64,000 nt of DNA from Mobula hypostoma (lineage: Eukaryota). A program made the position numbers and the translations under genes. Shown in pieces: positions 62,512-64,000 of the stretch; position 1 is the first letter of the stretch; every line of letters starts with the position of its first letter. The stretch covers positions 98,768,001 through 98,832,000 of the forward strand of contig NC_086108.1 in assembly GCF_963921235.1 (NCBI RefSeq). The letters are read 5' to 3'. The notes beneath the pieces are model-generated. The model did not search any database. It was not told the origin of the DNA and was given only the letters and a program-made list of their open reading frames with translations.

Positions 62512-64000
62512 CAGTTGAAGTCAGAAGTTTACATACACCTTAGCCAAATACATTTAAACTCAGTTTTTCACAATTCCTGACATTTAATCCTAGAAAACAT
62601 TCCCTGTCTTACGTCAGTTAGGATCACTACTTTATTTTAAGAATGTGAAATGTCAGAATAATAGTAGAGAGAATGATTTATTTCGGCTTTTATTTTTTTC
62701 ATCACTTTCCCAGTGGGGTAGAAGTTTACATACACTTTTTTGGTATTTGGTAGCATTGCCTTTAAATTGTTTAACTTGGGTGAAATGTTTTGGGTAGCCT
62801 TCCACAAGCTTCTTACAGTAAGTTGCTGAAATTTTGTTCCATTCCTCCAGACAGAACTGGTGTAACTGAGTCAGGTTTGTAGGCCTCCTTGCTCGCACAC
62901 GCTTTTTCAGTTCTGCCCAGAAATTTTCTATTGGATTGAGGTCAGAAAATGATGTCGTCTGGTTCATCCTTGGGAGCAATTTCCAAACGCCTGAAGGTAC
63001 CACGTTCATCTGTACAAACAACAGTACGCAAGCATAAACACCATGGGACCACGCAGCCATCATACCGCTCAGGAAGGAGACACATTCTGTCTCCTAGAGA
63101 TGAACGTACTTTGGCGCGAAAAGTGCAAATCAATCCCAGAACAACAGCAAAGGACCTTGTGAAGATGCTGGAGGAAACAGGTAGACAAGTATCTATATCC
63201 AGAGAAAAGCAAGTGCTATATCGACATAACCTGAAAGGTTGCTCAGCAAGGAAGAAGCCACTGCTCCAAAACTGCTAGAAAAAAGCCAGACTACAGTTTG
63301 CAAGTGCACATGGGGACAAAGATCTTACTTTTTGGAGAAATGTCCTCTGGTCTGATGAAACAAAAATTGAACTGTTTGGCCATAATGACCATCATTATGT
63401 TTGGAGGAAAAAGGGTGAGGCTTGCAAGCTGAAGAACACCATCCCAACCGTGAAGCATGGGGGTGGCAGCATGTTGTCAGGGGGCTTTGCTGCAGGAGGA
63501 CTCATGCACTTCACAAAATAGATGGCATCATGAGGAAGGAAAATTATGTGGATATATTGAAGCAACATCTCAAGACATCAGCCACGAAGTTAAAGCTAGG
63601 TCGCAAATGGGTCTTCCAAATGGACAATGACCCCAAGCATACCTCCAAAGTTATGGCAAAATTGCTTAAGGATAACAAAGTCAAGGTATTGGAGTGGCCA
63701 TCACAAAGCCCTGACCTCAATCCAATAGAAAATTTGTGGACAGAACTGAAAAAGCATGTGCGAGCAAGGAGGCCTACAAACCTGACTCAATTACACCAGT
63801 GTAACTTACTGTGAGAAGCTTGTGGAAGGCTACCCAAAACGTTTGACCCAAGTTAAACAATTTAAAGGCAATGCTACCAAATACTAAAAAGGTGTATGTA
63901 AACTTCTGACGCACTGGGAAAGTGATGAAAGAAATAAAAGCTGAAATAAATCATTCTCTCTACTATTATTCTGACATTTCACATTCTCAAAATAGTGATC
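62512..64000 (+). mobile_element. Sleeping Beauty/salmonid-Tc1-family transposon, rearranged and inactive; runs off the window
   Basis: TA-CAGTTGAAGTCAGAAGTTTACATACAC terminus; transposase SGSSLGAISKRLKVPRSSVQT..WSDETK..FQMDNDPKH..SPDLNPIENLW (DD34E) with a stop at 63276-63278 and frameshifts. Confidence 0.95.

Overview
Eukaryotic vertebrate DNA, most likely from a cartilaginous fish (shark or ray). That is inferred from the repeat content (HE1/V-SINE-like and DeuSINE remnants, dense CR1 and Penelope repeats) and fish-type protein residues. Two host genes converge tail-to-tail: GTF2B (TFIIB) exons 3-7 on + (5739-14630; exons 1-2 lie upstream) and the last two coding exons of PKN2 on - (57175-57378 and 61593-61673). 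Most of the remainder is transposable-element DNA: CR1, Rex1/Babar and RTE LINE fragments, non-autonomous LINE-derived short elements, Tc1/mariner elements, and a decayed Gypsy LTR element inflated to about 19.5 kb by nested insertions (28709-48182). Three signals stand out. (1) A family of Penelope-like (GIY-YIG) insertions that are fold-back palindromes of 0.2-2 kb, carry a minimal type I hammerhead ribozyme motif, and have 12-19 bp target-site duplications (TSDs) in the youngest copies. (2) A Tc1 element very close to Sleeping Beauty, built with two right-type ITRs. (3) The same short retroelement inserted at the same nucleotide in both LTRs of the Gypsy element. No prokaryotic systems, CRISPR arrays, rRNA or tRNA genes were found. 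Repeat boundaries are approximate unless a TSD or TIR is quoted, and all family comparisons are from memory, not from database searches.
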